Numbered from the stretch's first letter, positions 1 to 9,905 are shown. The stretch is 32,000 nt of DNA from Escherichia coli (GCF_013315735.1 NZ_CP054368.1); one strand, 5' to 3'. The notes: generated by a model from the letters alone, not told the origin. A program made the numbers and translations.

Positions 1-392
1 CCAGATACATGTGATTGGTGTACCCGCATAAAACATCGTCATAGCGCGTCCTGTGCGCATATACGCCGATAATCAACACATCACCACCACTCTGTCTCGT
101 GTAGAGAACAGTTTCATGGTATCCCCCCGCCATCGTGTGCGTACTGGTCGGACGTAGTTGCAAAATTTTTGCAACTGATACCCCTCGCGCGCGTACTGGT
201 CACGAAATTGGTGTTTTGCTGTGGCAGTGATATCAGAAAAATCTTCCTGTTTCACATAAAGCGGATATGCGCGTACTGTAACGGCCCCATCAACGGGGAT
301 CGGATTTGAAATCCCGACCCAAGCTATGTACCAAATGCCATGTCTTGGATATATGATGATTGCCATTCTAAACAACGCTAAAAGGGGTTGGT

Positions 393-1007
393 GTGAGCAG
401 AAAAGATACTAAAGAATTGCTAACTATCTGCATGGTGTACTTTTCAATTTATTTTTGTGCATACATGATAGTCCCAGATGAGTTTGAACATGGCAGTATT
501 ATTTATTCCATAACATTCTATTTTTTAGAGCTAACACCAATTTTGGCTATCCTTTTGGCAATACATATTTATTTTTCCTTAAAAAAAGAATCGACTAATT
601 GGGAGAAGGTATGGAGAGACAGAGGATTTCTAACATCACCTAAAGATGATGCATATGAGAGTGATTTTTCTGACTTTATAACAAACTACTACTCCAGCGA
701 ACAATTCAAAAATAGACTGTCTGATGTTTGGGAAACAGCAATGTATTCCATAGGGATTATATTATTGATACTTACTGGTATTGCTCAATATGTTTTTAAC
801 ATTAACTTATCATTAAATCCTGAAAATTTAATATCGCCATTGATTTTTGGTGAGATATTGATCTTCTCATTCGGAATTTTCTTGAGTGTTGTTCTCTGCT
901 CATTATGCAAACTACTGACTAACAGGTATCCAGGTGAAGCAAGGAGAGCAAGAAAGGCAAATCCATATTATCTTTTATTTCCTAATGGAGACAGCAGAGA
1001 TATCTAA
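393..1007 (+). CDS. Multi-pass membrane protein, probable P22 SieA-like superinfection exclusion protein
   Basis: 204-aa ORF with four hydrophobic segments; convergent to and immediately downstream of a gp16-like ejection gene, the position of sieA in P22. Assignment rests on topology and synteny. Confidence 0.6.
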   Translation: MSRKDTKELLTICMVYFSIYFCAYMIVPDEFEHGSIIYSITFYFLELTPILAILLAIHIYFSLKKESTNWEKVWRDRGFLTSPKDDAYESDFSDFITNYYSSEQFKNRLSDVWETAMYSIGIILLILTGIAQYVFNINLSLNPENLISPLIFGEILIFSFGIFLSVVLCSLCKLLTNRYPGEARRARKANPYYLLFPNGDSRDI

Positions 1008-1025
1008 GCCATCCATGGCTACCAG

Positions 1026-3131
1026 TTATTGAGCTTCTTTTTGTGATGCCTGTGCGACTCTGGTGAGCGATTGTGTGACCGTACTGATCGCTCTGTCATA
1101 TGCTGTGCTACCTTTTGGCGTATTTGCCAAACGTAACAAGGCATTTCGTATAACAGGGCTTTCGTATGCCTTCGCGGCTCCGCCTACGGCACCAGCAGCA
1201 GGAACAACAAACGCAGCCGTTTTTAGCATCCCCGCTAATACTGCTGCGTTTATGATGCCACCACCAACTAACAATCCATAAAGCTGCTGACCATTTAAGT
1301 TTTGAACGTTCGCTTTTGCCGCGTGTCTTGTATCGTTGAGGTATTTAATAACGCCGTCCAGTTCCTTTCCATGTACGCCTTTAAAGAAAGTTGCTGATTG
1401 CTTCCTGTTCCGGTGTAACGCATTAATAAACTTCTCAACACTGATATTTCCAGACGGATCAGTCGCCTTATCTACAGCATTCTGAACTATGGCTGCTCGT
1501 GCGTTTTGCCTACCATTGTCATCCAGAAGCCTGTAAAGCTGAGAACGTTCTGATGGGCTTTGGCTAAAAACGAGTTTTGTTACATCCTCAGGCGTGGCCT
1601 TGCCGCTGGCTATTGCCTTTTGAACGCGCGTTCTTCCCATCATGTCATTGAATTTAGACCATGAGCGATCAACCCTTGCCATATTAATGGCTTCGTCTGC
1701 TCCAAGATTTTTGGCTACGGCTTTTTTCATATCCGCCGTATATGCCTTGTAGATAATATCGCTGGCTTTCTGGAGCGTATCTTTATCAACAGTGTCAGAT
1801 GACGCCATAAACCGCTTTCGAAGATCGGTTCTGTTTTCCCTCGCCAGACGCAGGTCATTTGGTCCGCTGGTGATATCGTCTTTAAATTGCTGCAAGACTT
1901 TTACCGCGGCTCTATCCTGAGATTTACCCGGGCGGCTTAACACAGCAATCTGATTGTCGATAGCTTTTACCGTGTTTGAGAGATCGACAGGGGTATCCCC
2001 CATAGCGTCAATTATGCGGTTATATCGCTTTCCTGCTGCCTCAATGAATTTTTGTTGCCCTTTAGTCGCAGATTCATAAAGCTGTTTATCAGAAATGCCA
2101 CCCAGACCATCGCTAAATGTTCTGACTAAATTTTCTCGTGCTTGTTGTTGATTCAGCCGATTCTTACCGGTTCCAAAAAAAGGAACTCTTTCGCCTAATG
2201 TCTGAGCCTGACTCTGCATAAAGGTTTTATCTTTCAGCATGTCACTGGTCATTAACGGCAGATTTCTTTCCGATGCAAAGTCGACAGCAGCCTTTGCTTC
2301 AGGCGACATATCACCACGAACAGCCCTCGAAACCGCACTCGCTGTATTTTCCAGCCCCTTACCAATACCACCAATGCCAGCAGAAATTACCGTTTGTAAC
2401 GGATCAATATCTTCTCCACCAGCGAGGCTGGTGGCTCCCTGTAGTGCTAAATCTGTAGCTGCTGATTTCCCTATGGCCCCCAGCACCGTTCCGGCCCTGC
2501 CCGCTGGTGTAAACGCCAGCGCATTAGCCAGAAACGATGCCACGTCTTGCGGCGATAAACCCGGCGTGTTCAGAGCATAATCACCGGATGGCAGGGAAAC
2601 GATAGTGTTACCCTTCTCATCCTGCCTTAATTTCGCTCCCATGCTCTGAAGAATCTTTTCCTGAGATGCGTCAGAGCCGAAAAGTTGAGACCATCGAGCT
2701 TTTAGAGCATCCATGCTGAGTGAGGTTAACTCTGGGGCAAGGTCGACATTTTGCAGTCTCTCCATCTCTGGAGTCATTCGGCTTTCGCCTGTTATAGCAT
2801 CGCGCATCGCAGCCCCAAGGCTGGCTCCCTGTTCTGCTGAACGCTCAAGCCCCTCTCTTTGCTGAGTAGCTAACTTTGCATACCCTGACGCAAGAGAATT
2901 ATCAGATGATGTATGTTGAATATTTTGAGTTGCTGATTGGGCTCGGTCTATTTCATTCGTTGATGGTAGTGGATAGGCAGCATAAAAAGCCTGCTTAGCC
3001 TGCTCTACACTTTCTCCGGCTTGCGGGGCAACGACTTCATTGAAGTATTGCTCCTGAGCCTGCGCTTTTTGTTCTGGTGCTAACGCCTGATACTGTGGAG
3101 AGGCGATAACATCTTTCCATGCTTTAGCCAT
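1026..3131 (-). CDS. P22 gp16-like DNA ejection (transfer) protein
   Basis: 701-aa intact ORF (MAKAWKDVIASPQYQALAPEQKAQAQEQYFNEVVAP...); last gene in a gp14-gp7-gp20-gp16 order, overlapping the previous gene by 1 nt. Confidence 0.82.
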   Translation of the reverse strand: MAKAWKDVIASPQYQALAPEQKAQAQEQYFNEVVAPQAGESVEQAKQAFYAAYPLPSTNEIDRAQSATQNIQHTSSDNSLASGYAKLATQQREGLERSAEQGASLGAAMRDAITGESRMTPEMERLQNVDLAPELTSLSMDALKARWSQLFGSDASQEKILQSMGAKLRQDEKGNTIVSLPSGDYALNTPGLSPQDVASFLANALAFTPAGRAGTVLGAIGKSAATDLALQGATSLAGGEDIDPLQTVISAGIGGIGKGLENTASAVSRAVRGDMSPEAKAAVDFASERNLPLMTSDMLKDKTFMQSQAQTLGERVPFFGTGKNRLNQQQARENLVRTFSDGLGGISDKQLYESATKGQQKFIEAAGKRYNRIIDAMGDTPVDLSNTVKAIDNQIAVLSRPGKSQDRAAVKVLQQFKDDITSGPNDLRLARENRTDLRKRFMASSDTVDKDTLQKASDIIYKAYTADMKKAVAKNLGADEAINMARVDRSWSKFNDMMGRTRVQKAIASGKATPEDVTKLVFSQSPSERSQLYRLLDDNGRQNARAAIVQNAVDKATDPSGNISVEKFINALHRNRKQSATFFKGVHGKELDGVIKYLNDTRHAAKANVQNLNGQQLYGLLVGGGIINAAVLAGMLKTAAFVVPAAGAVGGAAKAYESPVIRNALLRLANTPKGSTAYDRAISTVTQSLTRVAQASQKEAQ

Positions 3132-4552
3132 TAATCACCCCATAGTGAAGAAAAGTTACTGCTGGCTGCTGGCTGTGATACCTGCTCAGATTGCGGCAAT
3201 GTCTGCGACGAAGAAGAAGTTCCTCTGTCAACTGCTGAAATAACCCGCAAAGCATCATAAGCTCGACCAGAAGCAGCTTTCAGCGAATTGAACTGGTTTT
3301 CCATCTTCCGGCGCTTGGTATCAATGGTTTTTGTGGAGTCGCCAGGCTGAGGGAAATACATTTGATAATATTTTGACATTTCAGCAGGTACGATAGCTGC
3401 CCCTGTTTCCTGACGGAGTATTGCCATTATTGCGTCATTAGCATTAACAACGTATTGCTGCTCTGTTGGGCTGAGCGTTAAGTTAGCCAGCGTCCCATTA
3501 CCCAAAGCATTATTAATGATCGCCACTCGCTGTGGGCTAAGCTGGTCTTTCAGTGTATCTATTGAATCAAGAGCATCCCTAACCCTGTATGCAAATCCAG
3601 CAGCTTTTTTAGCCCCTTCTGGCGACTTTTCCATGATCTTTTGGGCTGTTGGCAAAGCTATTGGACGAAACCCATCTCCAGATATTGGCTGGTTTAGTTT
3701 TCCCTGCTCTTCACTTCCGTCTGTGTAGTATTTTGTGACAGTGCCATCATCGTTTTCTCTAACACTCATTAATTTTTTGGCGTTTGTATTAATTCCAGCC
3801 GCTGCCGCAAATGCCGCCGCCCCCTCTGGATCCTCCTTTAACATTTGAGCGTACTGATTGTAATTCTGCATTGCTGCTGTTGGTGCATATGCTGACGTTA
3901 ACGCATTTGCTCGGCTAATATCCTGCCCTCTCGCCTGAAGTGCTTCGCCAGCCTGATTGCTGCGGATTGTTTCTGCCAACTTGCCACGCTCAATATCCCG
4001 ACCTTCCATTTGATCTTTGATATCGAAATACTTCTCATGACCGAGAGAAAACAGTGCCATACTACCAGCAAGCCGCTGGAATCCCTGTGGATCATTAACA
4101 TGCATTTCGGCAACAGACTCAGGAGAAATTCCCAAGCGACGCATTTCATCTTCGTTATCTGCTATGAATTTTCCAAATGCCCCAGTTCCGAGCGAAGATG
4201 CGATTTGAGCACTAGTCGCAAGATGACCAATAGAATTTCTCTGGTCGTCATCAATAAAGCCCATCCCTTTCTGAACGCTTTCAAATTCTTCTGGATACTC
4301 AGAAATAAGACTGCGCATTTTGTTTCTGTCTCCAGACTCAAAAGCCCCGGCATATGCTTTCTGAAACTCTGCTTTACGCTGTTGTTGACGTGCCTGCTGA
4401 TTAATCTCAGCAACGCCTCTTAGCCCCTGTAGCGCCATTAAACCTACGTTTGGCTGCTGCTGATACTGCACAGGCTGAGGAACGGAAGAACGAGGAGCAT
4501 TATCATTTTGCGGTGCCATGCTAGGCAGCCCGCCAAGTTGCCATGTCGCCAT
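3131..4552 (-). CDS. P22 gp20-like DNA ejection protein
   Basis: 473-aa Gln/Ala-rich ORF, size close to P22 gp20; junctions with neighbours share single nucleotides. Confidence 0.8.
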   Translation of the reverse strand: MATWQLGGLPSMAPQNDNAPRSSVPQPVQYQQQPNVGLMALQGLRGVAEINQQARQQQRKAEFQKAYAGAFESGDRNKMRSLISEYPEEFESVQKGMGFIDDDQRNSIGHLATSAQIASSLGTGAFGKFIADNEDEMRRLGISPESVAEMHVNDPQGFQRLAGSMALFSLGHEKYFDIKDQMEGRDIERGKLAETIRSNQAGEALQARGQDISRANALTSAYAPTAAMQNYNQYAQMLKEDPEGAAAFAAAAGINTNAKKLMSVRENDDGTVTKYYTDGSEEQGKLNQPISGDGFRPIALPTAQKIMEKSPEGAKKAAGFAYRVRDALDSIDTLKDQLSPQRVAIINNALGNGTLANLTLSPTEQQYVVNANDAIMAILRQETGAAIVPAEMSKYYQMYFPQPGDSTKTIDTKRRKMENQFNSLKAASGRAYDALRVISAVDRGTSSSSQTLPQSEQVSQPAASSNFSSLWGD

Positions 4553-5229
4553 TAGAATCCAAGCCCCCCAACAAGACCAATAAGCCCACCACCAATAGCC
4601 CCGGCGACATTACCTATACCCGGAACAACGGAACCAAGTTGCGCACCCGCTAAAGCACCTGATGCCGCCCCACCAATACCACGCGCAAGACTGGATGGCT
4701 GCTGCGCCTGACCTGCACGAATAGCGCCAAGCCCCTGCAAGAGTTGCCCGGTATTATTGGCGTAGTTTTGCCCTGCTGTTGCCTGCCCTGATGCCGCATT
4801 CATCCCGACATTTAGCAGGTTTCCATAATTTTGCATTTGCCCACTAAGCCAATTGTTATAAAGCATGGGCGCAATGGAAGATAACTGGTTACTGGTAGCT
4901 GTTGAGCCAAGCCCCCCGGTAGCTTCTGCTGAGACAAGGTTCTGATAACGGGCCTGATCTGCCTGTGTTTTATATAAACCAGAACCAAAGAAATCATTCG
5001 CGGCTTTATTCTGCCCTTCCAGAGTCATCAGTCCTTGTAGTTGTTGTAAAGCAGGCAATCCGACTTCTGCATACGGCTTGAGATTATTCATCACCGTATT
5101 CCACTGCTCGCGCTGCAAATCAATTGCCTGCTGCTGGGCCTTCGCCTGAGCTTTAGAGGCACCACCATCACCGCCTTTTTCGTATACGGCACGATTGAGA
5201 TGTTTATGAGCTATATGGGTAATTAACAT
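4552..5229 (-). CDS. P22 gp7-like DNA ejection protein
   Basis: 225-aa ORF with KAQAKAQQQAIDLQREQWNTVMNNLKPYAEVG and a Gly/Ala-rich C-terminus typical of gp7-family proteins. Start codon uncertain. Confidence 0.78.
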   Translation of the reverse strand: MLITHIAHKHLNRAVYEKGGDGGASKAQAKAQQQAIDLQREQWNTVMNNLKPYAEVGLPALQQLQGLMTLEGQNKAANDFFGSGLYKTQADQARYQNLVSAEATGGLGSTATSNQLSSIAPMLYNNWLSGQMQNYGNLLNVGMNAASGQATAGQNYANNTGQLLQGLGAIRAGQAQQPSSLARGIGGAASGALAGAQLGSVVPGIGNVAGAIGGGLIGLVGGLGF

Positions 5230-5684
5230 TCGCTGAATTCCTTATATTGTTGCCGAGTTAACTGATAAAGCGTTACGCCGACGGGTTTACCACATCTGAT
5301 ATAAGCATCATCAAGGTGACCAACACGGGTAGCGCCAAGCAAACGGATAATTGCCCGTCCATATTTTGTGGTGTCAGGAACCATAGTGATGCTGTTAAGG
5401 AATGGTGAGTTTTCGAGAAGCCACTTGCAGAATAATCGATGCCCTTGCAGTGCATATTCACCACGGAATCCGGGGTCGTACACCGCATGGCATTCAACAA
5501 CGCTATGCCAGAAGTTACGCACTTCATGAACGCCAGCCAGCACTAATCCTTCGTAGATGCCGAGATATACCGCATCAGGCTTGATGTAGTACGTGTGCCC
5601 CGGCTCAACAATATTTTCGGTATTGCCTGGCTCGTTAAGAAAGGCCTGTAATCGCACAGGGTTATCAATAAATTTTAGTTCCAT
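5223..5684 (-). CDS. P22 gp14-like (DUF2824/GNAT-fold-like) virion assembly protein
   Basis: 153-aa ORF directly upstream of the gp7-like gene, as in P22-like phages. Confidence 0.72.
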   Translation of the reverse strand: MELKFIDNPVRLQAFLNEPGNTENIVEPGHTYYIKPDAVYLGIYEGLVLAGVHEVRNFWHSVVECHAVYDPGFRGEYALQGHRLFCKWLLENSPFLNSITMVPDTTKYGRAIIRLLGATRVGHLDDAYIRCGKPVGVTLYQLTRQQYKEFSEC

Positions 5685-5700
5685 GCGATGCCATCCATTT

Positions 5701-5862
5701 TCACATACAGCCTGCCAGCGCCTTATCTATTAACCCTCGTGCAATTTCATGCAGAGTTGGCGCTACTCCAATTCCTGATTTTTTACGCTGCTCTTCCTGA
5801 ATTTTCTTTATCGCTTCCATTTGCTTCTCACTTATCAATACCGGCTTTACTGAAATAGCCAT
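5701..5862 (-). CDS. Small 53-aa protein, possible ribbon-helix-helix-like regulator
   Basis: Manually translated: MAISVKPVLISEKQMEAIKKIQEEQRKKSGIGVAPTLHEIARGLIDKALAGCM*. Preceded by AAGGGGGCGTT-ATG. Below the 60-aa cutoff of the ORF track. Fold assignment is inference. Confidence 0.6.
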   Translation of the reverse strand: MAISVKPVLISEKQMEAIKKIQEEQRKKSGIGVAPTLHEIARGLIDKALAGCM

Positions 5863-5875
5863 AACGCCCCCTTAG

Positions 5876-5895
5876 AACTGTATAAAACAACAGTT
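5876..5895. promoter_or_regulatory. Candidate operator (inverted repeat AACTGT-N8-ACAGTT) upstream of the 53-aa gene
   Basis: Perfect 6-bp arms within an AT-rich region just 5' of the start codon at 5862. Confidence 0.4.
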
Positions 5896-5954
5896 ATTAT
5901 AGTTTCACAAATCGCAATATTCATCATCGTAATTGCAAAATATGAAACAAATAG

Positions 5955-5990
5955 CACAAAAAAATGCCACCGCTCAGTAGCTGGTGGCAT
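5955..5990 (-). terminator. Rho-independent terminator after the primase operon
   Basis: Stem ATGCCACC (5964-5971)/GGTGGCAT (5983-5990); minus-strand transcript continues into a T-rich tract (TTTTTTTG). Confidence 0.8.
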
Positions 5991-6311
5991 CGTTCTGTGT
6001 GTCAGGTTTTGACAGGTTTTTTATGGACTCTAAAAACTATATTTATGGTATCGCATTACTCTTCACGGCAGACGCTTTTCAGTTCTGCCCTTGCTTCTGG
6101 CTCCATTGGTAATTTGATTCGCGATCAGCTATGCGGATGGTTTGCTGAACAGGCATAACAACTTCTCAGAGGCTGTTTTTTGAACTACGAAAATTTCGTA
6201 GTGCTCACTTTCAAAAACGTCACGCCCTTGTACACAGGATTTTACGAAAGTCTCGTAAAACACTCTCTGATGCCAGCCAGGTGTTGTGCGCATCAATTCA
6301 GTCACATTGTG

Positions 6312-6420
6312 TTGGTTCAAAATACCGTGTTGTTGGTTCAGTGTTGGTTCAATAAAAAGAATAAAATCCTTATAAAACAATAATCTTTACAAATTGAACC
6401 AACTGAACCAACTGAACCAA
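6312..6420. repeat. Iteron-like array: three TTGGTTCA then three TGAACCAA around an AT-rich core; candidate replication origin
   Basis: TTGGTTCA at 6312, 6333, 6344; TGAACCAA at 6395, 6404, 6413 (9-bp period); AT-rich spacer 6352-6394; 26 nt past the primase-helicase stop. Confidence 0.6.
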
Positions 6421-6446
6421 CACCTTTTCTACGCACATGAAGAAGC

Positions 6447-9206
6447 TCATTCTTCAGATGAGTTATAATCTCCTGGCTGGTAATTGAGTACATAAACGTT
6501 TATTTGTCGTCCCTGAATACGTGGTGATTTTCTTTGGTATCCACGACCGCTGTTTGGTGGGGTTAGCATCCCGGCTTTTTTCAACACTTCAGCAAACTGT
6601 TTTGCGTTGAAACCGCATGCGATCTCCTTTTCAAATGTGGCCGGGAATGTGTAGAAAATCATTGGGCTTTCGTCATGTTCTCCACGCTGACGGTATCCGG
6701 CTAAATCTTTGATGGGCAAATCTGCCGGGCTGTATGGAAATGGTGCAAAACGGCTAAGCCCATAGGCATTAAGAAATGCCTCCGTTTGTTCAATAATCTG
6801 CTGATGTTCTTTGTTACCTGTGCCGAACTCGCGCAACCATGCGTTATAGCTGTGCTGTATCGCATCACGGCATGTCTGAGCATCCCAGCCTGTTACAACC
6901 TCGCCTAACAGCAATGCGGCCTCCAGAATGGCAAATCGCGCGGCTACACGGTGAACCTGCTCACCATAATCGGATGGGATCAGACTTCTCCATCTGCTTT
7001 CGCAGTCACGAACAGTTTTAATTGCCTGTTGCTGGTGGTCTGCCAGCCATTTAATCCACTCACGCCCGGCTGCGCCATGGTGATGCTGGTAAGCGTCTTT
7101 CAGTGCGTCTGCGTGCTGTTTTCCGTTCTGGTAATCGTGAAAGCGTACTGCTTTACTCAACGGAATATTCAGCAGTCGCACCAGTTGCCCGGCTTTGGTT
7201 TTTCGCCCGGAAGTAGCGATAAATGTTTCTAAATCCATTTCTCCGGTGCTGATTGCCACTGTACGCCAGCGTTTTAGATCCCGGTTTCCACCATCTTTAG
7301 CGCCTTGCAGTTTCCCTACACCGTTAAATAACGCATAGGCAGACTGTGAAACACTGACAGGATCAGCGCCCTGACCAACTTCATCAAGCGGCATTAGTCC
7401 GTCATTGTGGGCGGCGGCTTCATTTGCCAGCCCCAGCGCGGTTCCGTACCACGTCAGCCGCAGTAAATCAGGGTTGCCGTATAAGCTGCTCGCCACGTTT
7501 GCCGTGGTGGTCTTACCTGCGCTCGACTGCTCATAGAAATGAATGCCGAACCCGTCAGCGCCCACCAGCCCAATCAATGGCGCTGCCAGTGCTGCGCCGA
7601 TCCCGGTCATCATTGAATAGTTACCAAAGGCCAGACGCGCCACGTTATCACGCCAGCTTTCCGCGCTCCCTGAGACGGTATATCCGGCTGCGGCTGAGCT
7701 TCTCCCGCTGAACAGCACAGGATTTTCAGGTGTTCCGATGATTTCCCCATCAGGCATGATGTACGCTCCGCATTGCCAGCCAGTGGCATGAGCAACACGC
7801 CACAATTCACGAGAGCCACTGCGTTGTAGCCAGTCTGCCAGTATTGCTCTGAGGCTGCTTTTGGTCGTGACATTTACCCCACCAGCTTTAAGTGTGCGCC
7901 ATCCTTCACGTTCACCAATATCAGCCAGTGGAATGGCAGCGGTTGTCGGCGTTTCAGAACCAAACGACAGCCAGCGAAGAATGAGATACTGGTCTTTATC
8001 GTCTCTGCCAGTACCGATAACGCTTAACGGAGAACATAACCAGCTTTCGTTATTGATGATTTCTCCACTCTGGCTGTCAGCTCTCGGAGATACCCAATAA
8101 ATACCATCCTCGCGGCTTTCTATTCTTGGTTTCAGTGGGTCGGTATCCATAACCTTAAAATCGCTTCCCTCAATGGTCTGTGGCTCCTGTTTCACGCCAT
8201 TACCCTGTGGTTGGTACATTGACTTATTGAACGCTTCTGTGGCGCATTTAATGCCGTGTTTTTGGTGGTAATCATTCCAGTCTGCTTTGTGATCTGTCGG
8301 GGGTAATGCCACCCATCCAGAAACAGATAAAGCTGCTTTTTCTGCTGCTATTCTCCCCGTGTTTTGTCTTCCTTCGCTGTGGTCGTTATCCGCAGCAATG
8401 ATGATTTGTGCTGAAGGAAATTTATCCCGCAGTACCTGGGCGACATATAACAGGTTCCCGGCATCAATCGCCGCCACTGTCAGCGCCTCTGGACGAATTA
8501 AATGGGCAGATAATGCCGTTGCCAGCCCTTCTGCGATTAAGATGCTCTGTGTTGTTTCTGGCGCGTTTATGGCGTGATATGCCCCCCGCTTTGCTGAACC
8601 TGTCAGGAGTCTTTTTTCACCATGTGAGGTAATAGTCTGTGCTGCTGTGACTGCGCCGGATTTATCCACCAGCGCCAGCAACAGAGATCCATCGGGCAAC
8701 ACGGGGAATGTAAAATCACCTACCCCTTTCGCAACCAGATAATCAGATTTGCCGTTTACAGCCTTTCTGCGCATGTCATCAAACTGACGGGAAAACGTAT
8801 CCCGTCTTTGTTGTTCGTCCTTCTCTGCCCTTTTCAGGCGCTCCTGTTCGCGTCGCTGGCGCTCGGTTTCCAGTTGTTCCCGTTTCTGGCTGGTGGCTTC
8901 TGGTGTTTCCGTTGTCCGGTAATCAATACCCAGAACATCAGCGGCAAGAAGCGCCGCCTCTGTTGTGTCGCAGTTATTTACGCGTTTAATTAAATCCAGC
9001 CCATCACCAGCGCCGCACTGATTACAGATGAAGCTACCGCGCCCGTTGTCGTCGAACCGGAATCGATCTTTGCCCCCACATGCAGGGCAGGGAGCATGAC
9101 GGCGCGGAGAGTCAGGGACATTTATGTTCAGGCAGCCCAGCACATGAGGCCAGTTGTTTTCAGACGCACTGATAACCTGACGGATAAGATCAATGTTTCG
9201 CATCAC
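6447..9206 (-). CDS. P4-alpha-like primase/helicase: CHC2-type zinc ribbon, Toprim, DUF927/P-loop ATPase
   Basis: 919 aa; CPACGGKDRFRFDDNGRGSFICNQCGAGDGLDL zinc ribbon; ILIAEGLATALSAH...IIIAADND Toprim; EQSSAGKTTTANVASSLYG P-loop. Confidence 0.93.
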   Translation of the reverse strand: MMRNIDLIRQVISASENNWPHVLGCLNINVPDSPRRHAPCPACGGKDRFRFDDNGRGSFICNQCGAGDGLDLIKRVNNCDTTEAALLAADVLGIDYRTTETPEATSQKREQLETERQRREQERLKRAEKDEQQRRDTFSRQFDDMRRKAVNGKSDYLVAKGVGDFTFPVLPDGSLLLALVDKSGAVTAAQTITSHGEKRLLTGSAKRGAYHAINAPETTQSILIAEGLATALSAHLIRPEALTVAAIDAGNLLYVAQVLRDKFPSAQIIIAADNDHSEGRQNTGRIAAEKAALSVSGWVALPPTDHKADWNDYHQKHGIKCATEAFNKSMYQPQGNGVKQEPQTIEGSDFKVMDTDPLKPRIESREDGIYWVSPRADSQSGEIINNESWLCSPLSVIGTGRDDKDQYLILRWLSFGSETPTTAAIPLADIGEREGWRTLKAGGVNVTTKSSLRAILADWLQRSGSRELWRVAHATGWQCGAYIMPDGEIIGTPENPVLFSGRSSAAAGYTVSGSAESWRDNVARLAFGNYSMMTGIGAALAAPLIGLVGADGFGIHFYEQSSAGKTTTANVASSLYGNPDLLRLTWYGTALGLANEAAAHNDGLMPLDEVGQGADPVSVSQSAYALFNGVGKLQGAKDGGNRDLKRWRTVAISTGEMDLETFIATSGRKTKAGQLVRLLNIPLSKAVRFHDYQNGKQHADALKDAYQHHHGAAGREWIKWLADHQQQAIKTVRDCESRWRSLIPSDYGEQVHRVAARFAILEAALLLGEVVTGWDAQTCRDAIQHSYNAWLREFGTGNKEHQQIIEQTEAFLNAYGLSRFAPFPYSPADLPIKDLAGYRQRGEHDESPMIFYTFPATFEKEIACGFNAKQFAEVLKKAGMLTPPNSGRGYQRKSPRIQGRQINVYVLNYQPGDYNSSEE

Positions 9207-9561
9207 CGTACCCCACGTGGTCTATAGCGTTTGCGATATGGCTAACCAGCATCTGCCACTTGGTTATTCCGTAATCAGTCAGCATGCCATCATTGTTTAG
9301 CCACATATCAAATTCAGCGGTTGTCGCAAGTTTCCACTTATCGCCGTGGACAGTCCTCATTGCTGGGTACATGAATGCGCAAATCAGATCACAAACATCT
9401 GACGGCTTCAGAGATGTAGTAATGGTGCGTCCCTCTGGCGTCTGAATTGCCATTTTCTCTTCACCAGTAGAATGAAGGTTATGAATCCACACAGCACCAG
9501 CAATCTTTGCCACCTGCTCTCCGATTGCGGAGCTAAGCGCCATTTCTGCATTTTCACGCAT
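9190..9561 (-). CDS. Hypothetical element protein, 123 aa
   Basis: Intact ORF overlapping both neighbours in an operon-like arrangement. Confidence 0.6.
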   Translation of the reverse strand: MRENAEMALSSAIGEQVAKIAGAVWIHNLHSTGEEKMAIQTPEGRTITTSLKPSDVCDLICAFMYPAMRTVHGDKWKLATTAEFDMWLNNDGMLTDYGITKWQMLVSHIANAIDHVGYGDAKH

Positions 9562-9895
9562 GAGAACCTCCCGCTACAGTTGCGCCCATGTCATTAACCA
9601 TGCTTTGCCATGTCTCACGCCCGACGTCAGTCAATCCGTCCTTAGTGACGCAACGTTCAAGAAGCTCGATCCCCACGGTTTCCCACTGCGGGTAGAACAC
9701 TTTCATGGCTGCCAGTGTGTAGCTATCGATCAGGCTGCGAACGCCTTTTACTCCATTGACGATTTCCACACGGACGGCCTCGCCGTCCGCATCAACCATG
9801 AAATAGTCCCCGCCGCTGGTGGAGGTAATGTGGTTATACAGTGCCGACGCATACTTATTTGCCAGCGCATTCAGTCGGAAATTTTTAGTAATCAT
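9554..9895 (-). CDS. Hypothetical element protein, 113 aa
   Basis: Intact ORF, 8-nt overlap with the downstream gene. Confidence 0.6.
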   Translation of the reverse strand: MITKNFRLNALANKYASALYNHITSTSGGDYFMVDADGEAVRVEIVNGVKGVRSLIDSYTLAAMKVFYPQWETVGIELLERCVTKDGLTDVGRETWQSMVNDMGATVAGGSHA

Positions 9896-9905
9896 GGCTC
9901 CATCC

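Noticed and set aside
73-375. 100-aa minus-strand ORF near the left edge
   Set aside because: Low-complexity-free but unconvincing composition, spans a palindrome and direct repeats, no clear SD or family resemblance. More likely regulatory sequence or an edge effect.
5964-6383. Three short ORFs (5964..6158 +, 6129..6380 -, 6180..6383 +)
   Set aside because: The first begins inside a terminator stem; the other two are mutually antisense and enter the iteron-like repeats. No convincing SD or homology.
8808-8993. Small plus-strand ORF antisense to the primase
   Set aside because: Shadow ORF inside a well-supported 919-aa coding gene.
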